A program made the position numbers and the translations under genes. From sequence record MT939241.1: 64,000 nucleotides of DNA; one strand, written 5' to 3'. This stretch comes from Enterococcus phage 9183. The notes under the pieces are model-generated. The model ran no database searches, was not told the origin of the DNA, and worked only from the letters and a program-made list of their open reading frames with translations. Positions 45,677 to 54,175 of the stretch are shown piece by piece; position 1 is the stretch's first letter; the number at the start of each line of letters is the position of its first letter.

Positions 45677-47614
45677 ATGTCTGACAAAATTAGAAAATTA
45701 GATGATAGAGCACAAGCACGTGAGAAATTAAGTATTTGGTACGGATCACGTGATAACTTCTATCATGGTATTAAAGAGCTTATCGCGAATGCCGCCGATG
45801 AATTACGAAATCATGCGACAGATCCGGGTAAAATTGAAGTTACACTTTATGAAGGAAATCGTCAAATTATGGTTAGTGATAACGGACGAGGAATTCGTAT
45901 AGGTGGTGAAACTGATGGTGAAAAGAATTATGATCTTTTATTTAGAACATTGTTCGCAGGTACAAAATATGACGTCACTGAATCGGTTACGACAGGAACG
46001 AATGGTGTAGGAACGACTGTCTTAAACTTTACATCGAAGCTGTTCGCAGTAATGTCTCATTACGATGGTTTCGTTCATAAAGTTCGCTTCAAAAATGGTG
46101 GTGAATTAGATGGGGAATACACCGAAATGAAATTAGAAAAAGGTATGAAAGATGTTCATGGTTCAACTTTTGTCGTTGAATTAGATGAAACTATTTATCC
46201 TCATGTCGAATTTTCTCCTGATAAAGTAAAAGAAATCGTTCAACATTTTGCAGCTGCTACATTAGGCGTAGAATTTACATTTAATTATCTTGATCAAAAA
46301 GAAGTATTTAAATATGAAGACATTCGTGAACGTTTCGAAGAAATGATTGGATCAACATCAACTTCAGCGATCTTTACATTGGGTGAAATTGAAAATGTAA
46401 CATCAGTTGAAATCGTTGATGGAGATAAAGATGTTGAAGAAAAAAATAGTTACAATATTATGTTAACATCAACTCCTGACGTTTACCAAGAATCATACTT
46501 AAATATGACTTGGCTTGAAAATGGTGGAGCTATTAATGAAGGTATTCTTGATGGTGTTCGTTTATTCATGAATAAGTATTGCCGCACCAATAAATTATTT
46601 CCAGGAAAGATCACCGCATTTTCAAAGGATGATGTTGAATCATCAATTTCTTTCTTAGCTTTCACTGAATCAAATATCGTCGAATTTTCTAACCAAACTA
46701 AGTTAAGTACAAATAAGAAAAAATATAGAGACGAAGCAAAAGATTATGTAATGAATTTGCTCACAGCTGTTTCAATGCAACAACCTAAAGATTTCAAAAA
46801 GCTCGTTGATCATCTTCTTATGGTTCAAAAAGCAAATGGAGCTAACGAACGTGCTCGTCAAAAATTAAAGAAACAGTTAACTGAAAAAGTTTCAGGAATT
46901 GGTAATAAAATTGAAAAACTGATCGACAGTGAAAAACATGGATTAGATGCAGAACTCTTCTTAACAGAAGGTGACTCAGCCAATGGGTCGATCGTTGATT
47001 CTCGCAACGATGAGTTCCAAGCTGCATTTCCTTTACGAGGTAAAGTTCTTAACGTTCTTAAAGCACCACTTGAAAAGATCTTTAAAAATGCGGAAATTGT
47101 GAATATGGTAAAAATCATTGGAACAGGTATCACTGATGGAAAGAAAAATGATTTTGACATTAATAATTTACGCTTTGGAAAAATCATTATCACAACTGAC
47201 GCGGATGCGGATGGTGGACACATTGCTTCATTATTGATCGCGTTCATCTATCGTTTCATGAGACCTTTACTTGAAAATGGCCATGTTTACGTAGCACAAA
47301 CGCCTTTATATGAATTGAAGTTTCCTGATGATTCAGTTGTTTACTTTTTAACTGAAGATGAAAAAGAAAAGAACATTGGTAAATATGAAGGACAAAAATA
47401 TGTTATCCAACGTCTTAAAGGATTGGGAGAAGTTGATGCTGAAACAATGGAAGCAACAACGATGAATCCTAAGACGCGAAATCTATTACAATTGACGGTC
47501 GCCGATGGAGAAGCAAATTATGCGATGATAAATAATTGGATGGGTGACGATGTAAATCCTCGTAAGAAATTAATTGAAGAGCAACTTCATAATTACATTA
47601 ACGATATTGATTAA
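45677..47614 (+). CDS. Type II topoisomerase ATPase/TOPRIM subunit (GyrB / T4 gp39-like)
   Basis: GHKL N-box ELIANAADE; TOPRIM LTEGDSA; PLRGKVLNV. Confidence 0.7.
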   Translation: MSDKIRKLDDRAQAREKLSIWYGSRDNFYHGIKELIANAADELRNHATDPGKIEVTLYEGNRQIMVSDNGRGIRIGGETDGEKNYDLLFRTLFAGTKYDVTESVTTGTNGVGTTVLNFTSKLFAVMSHYDGFVHKVRFKNGGELDGEYTEMKLEKGMKDVHGSTFVVELDETIYPHVEFSPDKVKEIVQHFAAATLGVEFTFNYLDQKEVFKYEDIRERFEEMIGSTSTSAIFTLGEIENVTSVEIVDGDKDVEEKNSYNIMLTSTPDVYQESYLNMTWLENGGAINEGILDGVRLFMNKYCRTNKLFPGKITAFSKDDVESSISFLAFTESNIVEFSNQTKLSTNKKKYRDEAKDYVMNLLTAVSMQQPKDFKKLVDHLLMVQKANGANERARQKLKKQLTEKVSGIGNKIEKLIDSEKHGLDAELFLTEGDSANGSIVDSRNDEFQAAFPLRGKVLNVLKAPLEKIFKNAEIVNMVKIIGTGITDGKKNDFDINNLRFGKIIITTDADADGGHIASLLIAFIYRFMRPLLENGHVYVAQTPLYELKFPDDSVVYFLTEDEKEKNIGKYEGQKYVIQRLKGLGEVDAETMEATTMNPKTRNLLQLTVADGEANYAMINNWMGDDVNPRKKLIEEQLHNYINDID

Positions 47615-47640
47615 GATGGGTTAAAACCCGTCTTTTTCTT
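47614..47640 (+). terminator. Intrinsic terminator (agatggg/cccgtct plus T-run)
   Basis: read directly. Confidence 0.55.
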
Positions 47641-47647
47641 TCCAATG

Positions 47648-47676
47648 TTTACACTTACTCATTTTAATGATATAAT
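47648..47676 (+). promoter_or_regulatory. Consensus phage promoter
   Basis: TTTACA, 17-nt spacer, TGATATAAT. Confidence 0.65.
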
Positions 47677-47708
47677 AAGATAGTAATAAATATAAAGGAG
47701 ATTATGAA

Positions 47709-47966
47709 ATGTATTTTGAATCAAAAGAATTGTCTTTAAAACAAAAGACACGACGAGTAATTGAAATGAGCAATGAGATTAATTCAACATTGGACGTTTA
47801 TCGTTCAATCATGGTGAAATATGAATTAAATAAGAAATTGGAAAAAGAAGATCTCGCTCTTCTTGAAGAAACAATTGAACGATTTGATCGTTCACAATTA
47901 AAATTAGAAGATGTTCTCTTCGGCGTATTAGAACAACATCGATTTTTAGGAGGCAACAATGATTAA
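47709..47966 (+). CDS. Small hypothetical protein
   Basis: ORF with RBS aaggag. Confidence 0.5.
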   Translation: MYFESKELSLKQKTRRVIEMSNEINSTLDVYRSIMVKYELNKKLEKEDLALLEETIERFDRSQLKLEDVLFGVLEQHRFLGGNND

Positions 47967-49962
47967 TAAAATTGAAGTAGGATCACATTTAAATAGCGCT
48001 ATGATGGGTATGTCTGCTTATGCATTACTACAACGGGCAATTCCCGATTATCGTGATGGCTTTAAACCTGTTCATCGACGAATCATTACTTCAATGGTTC
48101 AAAATAAAACATTAAACTTCACTAAGTCAGCCACAGTGGAAGGAAGAATCATGCAGCTGCATCCACATGGAGGATCATATGGATCAATTGTTGGTCTTGT
48201 TCAAAAAGATAGAAATAATTTACCTTTCTTAATAGGTAAAGGATCTTGGGGACAAAATACATCTAACGATCATACTCCTGCTGCAGCTCGTTACACCGAG
48301 GTAAAATTGGGCGATAATGCTTTAGAAATCACTAAAGAATTAAAAGAAAATAGTGTTGATTATGTACCTAATTATGATGGGACAATCATGGTACCTGAAG
48401 TCTTACCTGTCACATATCCTTCTATTTTAACACAATCACAAAGCGGGATGGCTATTGGTTTTGCATCATCAACATTGTCTTATAACATTCATGAATTATA
48501 TGATGCTATTGAAGATGTACTCATGATGAGACCAATGAAAACAATTTATCCTGATTTTCCAACAGGTGCATCAATCATTGAAGATGATGAAGCTGCAAAA
48601 GAAATCATTCGCACCGGTCGAGGATCTTTAAGAATGAGAGCGAAAATAGAAGTAGAAGGAAATAAAATTATCGTTCATGAAATTCCTTATGGTGCTAAAC
48701 GAGAAGCTATCATCAATAAGATCATTGATTTAAACAAGCAAGGAAAATTGAAAGAGGTAACTGACGTTCGTGATGGAACATCATTTAAAGGAATGAAGAT
48801 TGTCGTCACTGTTCGTAAGAATGCGGACATCAAAGAGGTAATCGCAAAGCTTTATAAATGGACAGCTTTACAAAGTTCAGTTTCATCCAACTTAAACGTT
48901 TTGATTGATGGGAAACCTCAAGTCGTCGGCGTAGAAGAATTATTAATTAAATGGCTTGGATGGAGAATGAAAGTAATTCGTCGAGGTATGCAAAATAAGA
49001 TCGATAAAATGATGAAAGAATTAAACGTTTTGATCGGACTTCGAAAAATTACGTCAGTCGATGAAGCAATTAAAATCATTCGTTTTTCAAAAGATAATGA
49101 AGTTGAAGAAAAGCTAATGAAAACATTTGACTTGAATTATGAACAAGCTGAATACATTGGTAAAATGACTTTACGTTCATTAAATGAAGAACGTATTCAA
49201 AAGAAAATTCAAGCGATCGACGAATTGGAAAAAGAAATTGATCAGTTGAAGAAAAACGAAAAAAATGACGGATATATCAAGGAAGAAATTAAACGTCGTA
49301 TGAAAGAAACGATTGAAAAAATTAATGCACCTAAACGTCGTACGAACGTAATCACGATCTCTGAAAAAGAAGAGAAAATCGTTAAGAAAGTTGCTAAACA
49401 AGAAAAAATTGGTAGTGATCACGATGTGACTGTCACAGTTACAAAAAATGGATGGGCATACAAAACAGATCGCTCAGGAAAAGAAAGATTCAAGATTCTT
49501 GCGGGTGACGAAATTCGTTATCAAGTACAAATGAAAAACAATGAAAAATTTACTACATTATTAAATGATGCTCTAGCAGGTTTAATTTGTGTAAATGATA
49601 TTGATGAAACTATTGGAATATTCTTGCCGACGTATTTTGAAAAAGAAGATTATATTGCTTGCATTTTTCCAGGACAAGAAACAAACGAATTACTTTTAGG
49701 ATATAATGATGGGCATATTGTTCGTGTACCTATTGAACAATACTCTGAAGCGTCAAGACGGATTTTAAAAAATGCTTACTGGAAAGACGAACCTTTAGTG
49801 TTAGTCCATCAAATTCGATCAAAAGATTCATCTATCGTCATCGAGTATGATGGAAAGGTTAAAAATATTGACATTGACAAAATAAATGTTAAACAATGGA
49901 GAGCTTCAAGAGGTCAATCTATTGTGAAAGTAAAAGAAAAAGTTGTAATGAATGTAGAATAA
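47959..49962 (+). CDS. Type II topoisomerase DNA-cleavage subunit (GyrA / T4 gp52-like)
   Basis: DGFKPVHRRI; HPHGGSYGS; active-site Tyr block AAARYTE. Confidence 0.7.
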   Translation: MINKIEVGSHLNSAMMGMSAYALLQRAIPDYRDGFKPVHRRIITSMVQNKTLNFTKSATVEGRIMQLHPHGGSYGSIVGLVQKDRNNLPFLIGKGSWGQNTSNDHTPAAARYTEVKLGDNALEITKELKENSVDYVPNYDGTIMVPEVLPVTYPSILTQSQSGMAIGFASSTLSYNIHELYDAIEDVLMMRPMKTIYPDFPTGASIIEDDEAAKEIIRTGRGSLRMRAKIEVEGNKIIVHEIPYGAKREAIINKIIDLNKQGKLKEVTDVRDGTSFKGMKIVVTVRKNADIKEVIAKLYKWTALQSSVSSNLNVLIDGKPQVVGVEELLIKWLGWRMKVIRRGMQNKIDKMMKELNVLIGLRKITSVDEAIKIIRFSKDNEVEEKLMKTFDLNYEQAEYIGKMTLRSLNEERIQKKIQAIDELEKEIDQLKKNEKNDGYIKEEIKRRMKETIEKINAPKRRTNVITISEKEEKIVKKVAKQEKIGSDHDVTVTVTKNGWAYKTDRSGKERFKILAGDEIRYQVQMKNNEKFTTLLNDALAGLICVNDIDETIGIFLPTYFEKEDYIACIFPGQETNELLLGYNDGHIVRVPIEQYSEASRRILKNAYWKDEPLVLVHQIRSKDSSIVIEYDGKVKNIDIDKINVKQWRASRGQSIVKVKEKVVMNVE

Positions 49963-49972
49963 GGACATTCTG

Positions 49973-50032
49973 GGATCATGTTTATTTCATAATAATATAA
50001 TTATACGAACATGATCCTAAACTTATTTTTTT
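49973..50032 (+). terminator. 10-bp stem (ggatcatgtt/aacatgatcc) with a 25-nt loop, then a T-run
   Basis: read directly. Confidence 0.5.
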
Positions 50033-50037
50033 AATTG

Positions 50038-50067
50038 TTGTAATTTTAATGTCAATCATGATATAAT
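50038..50067 (+). promoter_or_regulatory. Promoter variant (TTGTAA, 18 nt spacer, TGATATAAT)
   Basis: read directly. Confidence 0.45.
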
Positions 50068-50113
50068 ATAATAAAGGTAGCAATACCTATTAAATAATTG
50101 GAGTGATCATTTT

Positions 50114-50290
50114 ATGGTACAAGTAAAACGAGTAGCAGGTTACCAACAAGAACAAGAAACACCTCTAGGAGTTTCCGAACATAACCTAGGAAAACAAGTA
50201 TTCACTGAAGAAGTAATTGGAAAAGGTGCAAAAGCTGATCAAGAAGCATTACATCCTACAACAACAACTACTTCAACAGTGGGAGCTTAA
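50114..50290 (+). CDS. Small 58-aa hypothetical protein (Thr-rich C-terminus); not in the ORF track
   Basis: ATG with RBS ttggag; followed by terminator 50298..50322. Confidence 0.4.
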   Translation: MVQVKRVAGYQQEQETPLGVSEHNLGKQVFTEEVIGKGAKADQEALHPTTTTTSTVGA

Positions 50291-50297
50291 TAATTAA

Positions 50298-50322
50298 ATA
50301 GAGCTTCGGCTCTATTTTTTTC
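50298..50322 (+). terminator. Intrinsic terminator with a C(UUCG)G tetraloop (tagagc-ttcg-gctcta plus T7)
   Basis: read directly. Confidence 0.7.
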
Positions 50323-50331
50323 ATAAAAATA

Positions 50332-50360
50332 TTTACATCCTATATATTAATAGTTATAAT
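50332..50360 (+). promoter_or_regulatory. Consensus-like promoter (TTTACA, 17 nt spacer, AGTTATAAT)
   Basis: read directly. Confidence 0.55.
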
Positions 50361-50392
50361 TAAATAGTAATCAATTAAATGGTGGTGAATCA

Positions 50393-50623
50393 ATGAATAA
50401 GAAACAGTTTGATTCGTTAAGTCAAGATGGACGAAAAAGATTTTTAAATAATCTTCCTGAAGGACTTACGGAACATGAAAGAACACTATATTTTAAGGAA
50501 AAAAATGTAGTGAAAATTTTATATATACAAGCCTCCGGATATACATCTGAGACGTCATATAATTTAAATGGATTACTTATAGGCCATGAGTTCGGAGGAC
50601 AACCACGAACATCTAATATGTAA
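50393..50623 (+). CDS. Small hypothetical protein
   Basis: ORF with RBS ggtggtg. Confidence 0.45.
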   Translation: MNKKQFDSLSQDGRKRFLNNLPEGLTEHERTLYFKEKNVVKILYIQASGYTSETSYNLNGLLIGHEFGGQPRTSNM

Positions 50624-50636
50624 TTATGTAAAAATA

Positions 50637-50649
50637 GACGAATTTCGTC
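50637..50649. repeat. Palindrome GACGAA-T-TTCGTC (inverted version of the TGACGAAA iteron at 40699..40739)
   Basis: read directly. Confidence 0.6.
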
Positions 50650-50688
50650 GAATAAAAATCGAATTTTATTTATAAAGGAGAATATAAA

Positions 50689-50709
50689 ATGCATAAGAAA
50701 ATGAAATAA
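50689..50709 (+). other. Mini-ORF MHKKMK with a perfect RBS (AAGGAG, 8 nt spacing)
   Basis: read directly. Confidence 0.3.
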
Positions 50710-50763
50710 GAAACGTATAATAGAGGAAATTCATCTATTTTTTCATATAAAATATGTAAACAG

Positions 50764-50792
50764 TTTACACTTTCTCCTCCTTCGTATATAAT
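50764..50792 (+). promoter_or_regulatory. Consensus promoter with -35 inside the palindrome GTAAACaGTTTAC
   Basis: TTTACA, 17-nt spacer, TATATAAT. Confidence 0.55.
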
Positions 50793-50819
50793 ATAAACAT
50801 ATATGAAGGAGGAATTTTT

Positions 50820-51230
50820 ATGTATATTTTATTAAAAGATTTATTGAAAAACGCTGAAGGGAATTTCTTATATCTAACACTTGATAATAGTGTATGTGTA
50901 TTCTCTTCAAAAGATGAAGCTATTATGAAATATGGAGATAAAGAAGTTATAAATATTGATACGTGTGTAAATAATTTTGGTGCTAGTTTGGTCGTTAAAG
51001 TTAAGACTCATAATGATGTTGAACTTGAACGTAAAATGACTAAAAGAATTGAAAGTCAAGTTGAGCTTTTGGAAGGGTGGCGTAGCGTCACTTCTGATGT
51101 CATGTTTAAATTATTGGTTAACAATTATATTGAAGGATTCACAGATGCGCTTTATATTTTAGGACTCGACTATTCTAATTTACTTAAAGATGTTGAGAAA
51201 ATAAAGAAAGGTGATATCATTGAGAAATAA
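50820..51230 (+). CDS. Hypothetical protein
   Basis: ORF with RBS aaggagg. Confidence 0.5.
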   Translation: MYILLKDLLKNAEGNFLYLTLDNSVCVFSSKDEAIMKYGDKEVINIDTCVNNFGASLVVKVKTHNDVELERKMTKRIESQVELLEGWRSVTSDVMFKLLVNNYIEGFTDALYILGLDYSNLLKDVEKIKKGDIIEK

Positions 51231-51531
51231 AATGTATGATACAGTTGATAAAATATGGTCATGGATTGTGGTAGGTGTTGAGGTTTTATGGGAAGCGGCT
51301 TTAAACATTGCCGAGGTGTTAATTCCATTTCTTCTAGCTATAGGACTAGGATCATTACTAATATTATTTCTATCAGTCATTCCTAAAATTTTTAGTGATG
51401 TAATAATGAAGATATTCGTTTTATCATTAATCTCATTGTGGATATTTTTTATATTGAAATCATTTATTGATCGATGTAAAATTGTCAAAAAGCAACATGA
51501 AATAAGAAAGGATTTGGAAAATAAAAAATGA
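51211..51531 (+). CDS. Membrane protein (2-3 TM helices)
   Basis: hydropathy judged from the sequence. Confidence 0.45.
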   Translation: MISLRNKMYDTVDKIWSWIVVGVEVLWEAALNIAEVLIPFLLAIGLGSLLILFLSVIPKIFSDVIMKIFVLSLISLWIFFILKSFIDRCKIVKKQHEIRKDLENKK

Positions 51532-52100
51532 AAAAGTTTATATTGATTATCTTAGCTATAATTGGAGTGCTATTCATAGGAGGAAAAGATCAAAGAGCCT
51601 ATGCGATGGTTCATTCTTCGTTTCATTCTTCATCGCATTCATCTTTTCATTCATCATCGAAAGTAGGTCGATCAACATTTAAGTCGCCCAGTCGATCAGG
51701 ATCTTCTATTAAAAGTGGATCAACTTACAAAGGTTCGGTTAAAACTCCTAAGGTGTCAGTTCCTAAGACAAATAAATCATCTTCATCTAAAGTGAAAAGC
51801 AATTCCAATTTTAAAGGTAAACCTATTAAAAATGCTGACATTCCTACGAAAGTTAAGCCTCATTCATCAAGATCATTAGGCTTTAATGAAACGAATTATC
51901 GTCCATCTTATGAATCATCTTTTTCTTCACCGAGATTTTGGATGTGGTACTGGATGTTCAATCATCATGATTATAAAGACTCCAAAGGCGTAATTCATAA
52001 GTCATCAAAAATTAATTGGTTGAGAACTATTATGATGTTCATACTTGGAGCTTCATTATTAATCTTAATATTCCTAATAATATGGGCAATACTTCTATAA
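51528..52100 (+). CDS. Membrane protein with N- and C-terminal TM helices and a Ser/His/Lys-rich low-complexity core
   Basis: HSSFHSSSHSSFHSSS repeat; signal/anchor MKKFILIILAIIGVLFIG. Confidence 0.5.
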   Translation: MKKFILIILAIIGVLFIGGKDQRAYAMVHSSFHSSSHSSFHSSSKVGRSTFKSPSRSGSSIKSGSTYKGSVKTPKVSVPKTNKSSSSKVKSNSNFKGKPIKNADIPTKVKPHSSRSLGFNETNYRPSYESSFSSPRFWMWYWMFNHHDYKDSKGVIHKSSKINWLRTIMMFILGASLLILIFLIIWAILL

Positions 52101-52140
52101 AAATAAATAGAAAAATATGAAGAAATGTGAGTAAAAATTG

Positions 52141-52169
52141 TTTACATTTCTTCATTCTCCGATTATAAT
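52141..52169 (+). promoter_or_regulatory. Consensus promoter, duplicated promoter-leader cassette (copy B)
   Basis: about 90% identical over ~80 bp to 27390..27470. Confidence 0.6.
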
Positions 52170-52216
52170 ATATATATAATCAATAAACAAATAATAAATG
52201 AAACGAGGAATATGAA

Positions 52217-52405
52217 ATGAAAAAAGGTCAACGCATTATGTTATTAGTAGATGTTAAAACAATGATGGCAAAATTTTCAAAAGGCGAAGAATTATTAATC
52301 ACTAAAGTTTCAATGGCCAACGGAAGAAAATCAATCACAGCGAGAAATGGTTTTGGATCAACTGTCGCTTTAAGAGAAGAACAGTTTAAAGTTTTAAGTA
52401 AATAA
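52217..52405 (+). CDS. Small hypothetical protein
   Basis: ORF with RBS gaggaa. Confidence 0.5.
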   Translation: MKKGQRIMLLVDVKTMMAKFSKGEELLITKVSMANGRKSITARNGFGSTVALREEQFKVLSK

Positions 52406-52430
52406 AAATTAATGAAAAGAGGGAATTAAA

Positions 52431-52904
52431 ATGAAAAAATTAAACGAAATGACAGCAAAAGAACTTAAGGAAATGGCGAAAGAACAAAACATCAAAAATT
52501 GGTGGAAAATGAATAAGGAGCAACTTATCGTTGCTCTTTCTCAAGGAGACAAAGTTGAAGAAACTAAAGAGGAAAATACTAAGGAGGAAACACAAATGAA
52601 TAAAGAAGAAAACATCTCAATCATCGAAAAAGTTTACCAAATGTTAGAAAATGAAAGTGATGAAGTTAAACGACAAATCGCAAATAAACTTCTTAAAGAT
52701 ACTAAGAAGAAAAAAGAAAAAATTGAAATCGTCGTTGATGATGAAACATTCACTTTCGAGTCATTACGACAAGCACACATCACTCTTAGCGAGAAATATG
52801 GTTTTACTTACTATGGTATTAAAGCTTTACTTGAAGGTAATGAAAATCATAAAGGTTACAAAGCAATGATGAAAGATCATAAAGTAACAGGAAAATTCTT
52901 ATAA
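52431..52904 (+). CDS. Rho-N/SAP-like domain protein
   Basis: N-terminus MTAKELKEMAKEQNIKNWWKMNKEQLIVAL resembles the Rho termination factor N-terminal (SAP/HhH) motif. Confidence 0.4.
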   Translation: MKKLNEMTAKELKEMAKEQNIKNWWKMNKEQLIVALSQGDKVEETKEENTKEETQMNKEENISIIEKVYQMLENESDEVKRQIANKLLKDTKKKKEKIEIVVDDETFTFESLRQAHITLSEKYGFTYYGIKALLEGNENHKGYKAMMKDHKVTGKFL

Positions 52905-52920
52905 GAGAGGAAAGAGGAAG

Positions 52921-53103
52921 ATGTATAAATTCTTAGGTTTATTATTCATATTATTAATTGAGGTTGTAGCGATGCATCTTGTCGCTACGCCTTGGTACGG
53001 ATTAAATGTTTTTATCATAGGACTTATCACAATATTTTTAGGAACAATCGCTATAGGAATTATCGTTTATGATGAAGATGTAGATGAAAGAGTTCATAAT
53101 TAA
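52921..53103 (+). CDS. Small membrane protein
   Basis: two TM helices; RBS gaggaag. Confidence 0.45.
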   Translation: MYKFLGLLFILLIEVVAMHLVATPWYGLNVFIIGLITIFLGTIAIGIIVYDEDVDERVHN

Positions 53104-53106
53104 AAT

Positions 53107-53141
53107 AAAAAAAAAATGAGGAGCTAAATGCTCCTCTTTTA
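53107..53141. terminator. Bidirectional terminator between convergent plus-strand early and minus-strand late blocks (A10, gaggagc-taaat-gctcctc, T4)
   Basis: read directly. Confidence 0.7.
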
Positions 53142-54116
53142 TATACCAAAAGCTTCAAATAGAATTTCATCGCTGCGATCCATTAGATATGATTCTGTTG
53201 TAGATACATCCTCATGATGAGCGATTAATTTCAACACTTTCAGGTCTAATGATTCTTTCCCTAATTCTTTCAACACATGATGTGTTCCATTTGAATAGTT
53301 GTCCAATGACGAATGTCGGAAACAGTGAGGATTAATGTCTAATTGAACGCCTGTTTTCTCCTCAAGAATTGTCCTAAATGTTAAACAAAATGAGTACAAT
53401 GATTCATAAGAACGAGCTCGTTTGTTTTCTCCTTTGCCCGCTACCCACAACGATTCAATATCATCTTCTCCTCGTTGATCAAACCATTTCTTTGCAATTT
53501 CACGTGTACGATCAAAGTATAATAATTGGAATTTCTTTCCACGTTTACCAACTACTTCATTAGTCATCTTACCTTCTAAGAAACCTTTCTTATTTACCTG
53601 TAAGATTTCATTTCTCCTTGCAGCAGAATCGTATGATAATGAAAGGTAAAGAGCCATTTCATATCGTTCTTCCGCCAATAATTGATCAAGGATCACATTA
53701 ATTTGATCATCTGTTAAGAACACAATATCACGTACTTTTTCTCCTTGCACGCCCTTGATCGAACGCATTACATTTTTATCATAATCATATTCGTCCTCAT
53801 CATCTTCAGCGAATGTTAAGAGGTTACGAATTGAGCTTTGGAATCGATTAATGCGTGCTGCACTAGTCCCATTATCTTGAAGCTGTAAGAAGAAAGTTCG
53901 GAACATTCTTTTCTTTAGGTCTAATATAGATTTGTTTCCTGCATTATCATGAATCCAACAAAAGAAAGCACGAATGTCTGCCACATACTGATAAATCGTT
54001 TTCTCTGCTCGTCCTTTACTTTTAAGCTCTAGAACATAATCTTCTAAAAGCATTTTGTTTTCAGTGTTGACAGTCTCCCAAGTCTTTTCATTAAATAAGT
54101 TATTACGTTTGCCCAT
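53139..54116 (-). CDS. Tyrosine recombinase / integrase (XerD-like)
   Basis: C-terminal catalytic motifs HCFRHS...AHHEDVSTTESY; SAM-like N-terminal domain. Confidence 0.7.
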   Translation of the reverse strand: MGKRNNLFNEKTWETVNTENKMLLEDYVLELKSKGRAEKTIYQYVADIRAFFCWIHDNAGNKSILDLKKRMFRTFFLQLQDNGTSAARINRFQSSIRNLLTFAEDDEDEYDYDKNVMRSIKGVQGEKVRDIVFLTDDQINVILDQLLAEERYEMALYLSLSYDSAARRNEILQVNKKGFLEGKMTNEVVGKRGKKFQLLYFDRTREIAKKWFDQRGEDDIESLWVAGKGENKRARSYESLYSFCLTFRTILEEKTGVQLDINPHCFRHSSLDNYSNGTHHVLKELGKESLDLKVLKLIAHHEDVSTTESYLMDRSDEILFEAFGI

Positions 54117-54175
54117 ATTATTATCTCCTTACTTTATATATGTAAAAGGAGAGGAATGAACCTCTCCTAAATTAA

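Noticed and set aside
1920-52169. The repeated ~30-bp elements could have been a CRISPR array or a mobile-element repeat family.
   Set aside because: The spacing is irregular (hundreds to thousands of bp). Each copy matches the -35/-10 promoter geometry and sits upstream of a gene start. No CRISPR-like repeat-spacer periodicity and no cas genes are present.
53139-54116. The integrase could be read as proof that the window is an integrated prophage with att sites inside it.
   Set aside because: No directly repeated att core flanking the region is visible within the window. The genome organisation (replisome plus modification genes) is equally compatible with a virulent phage. This remains open.
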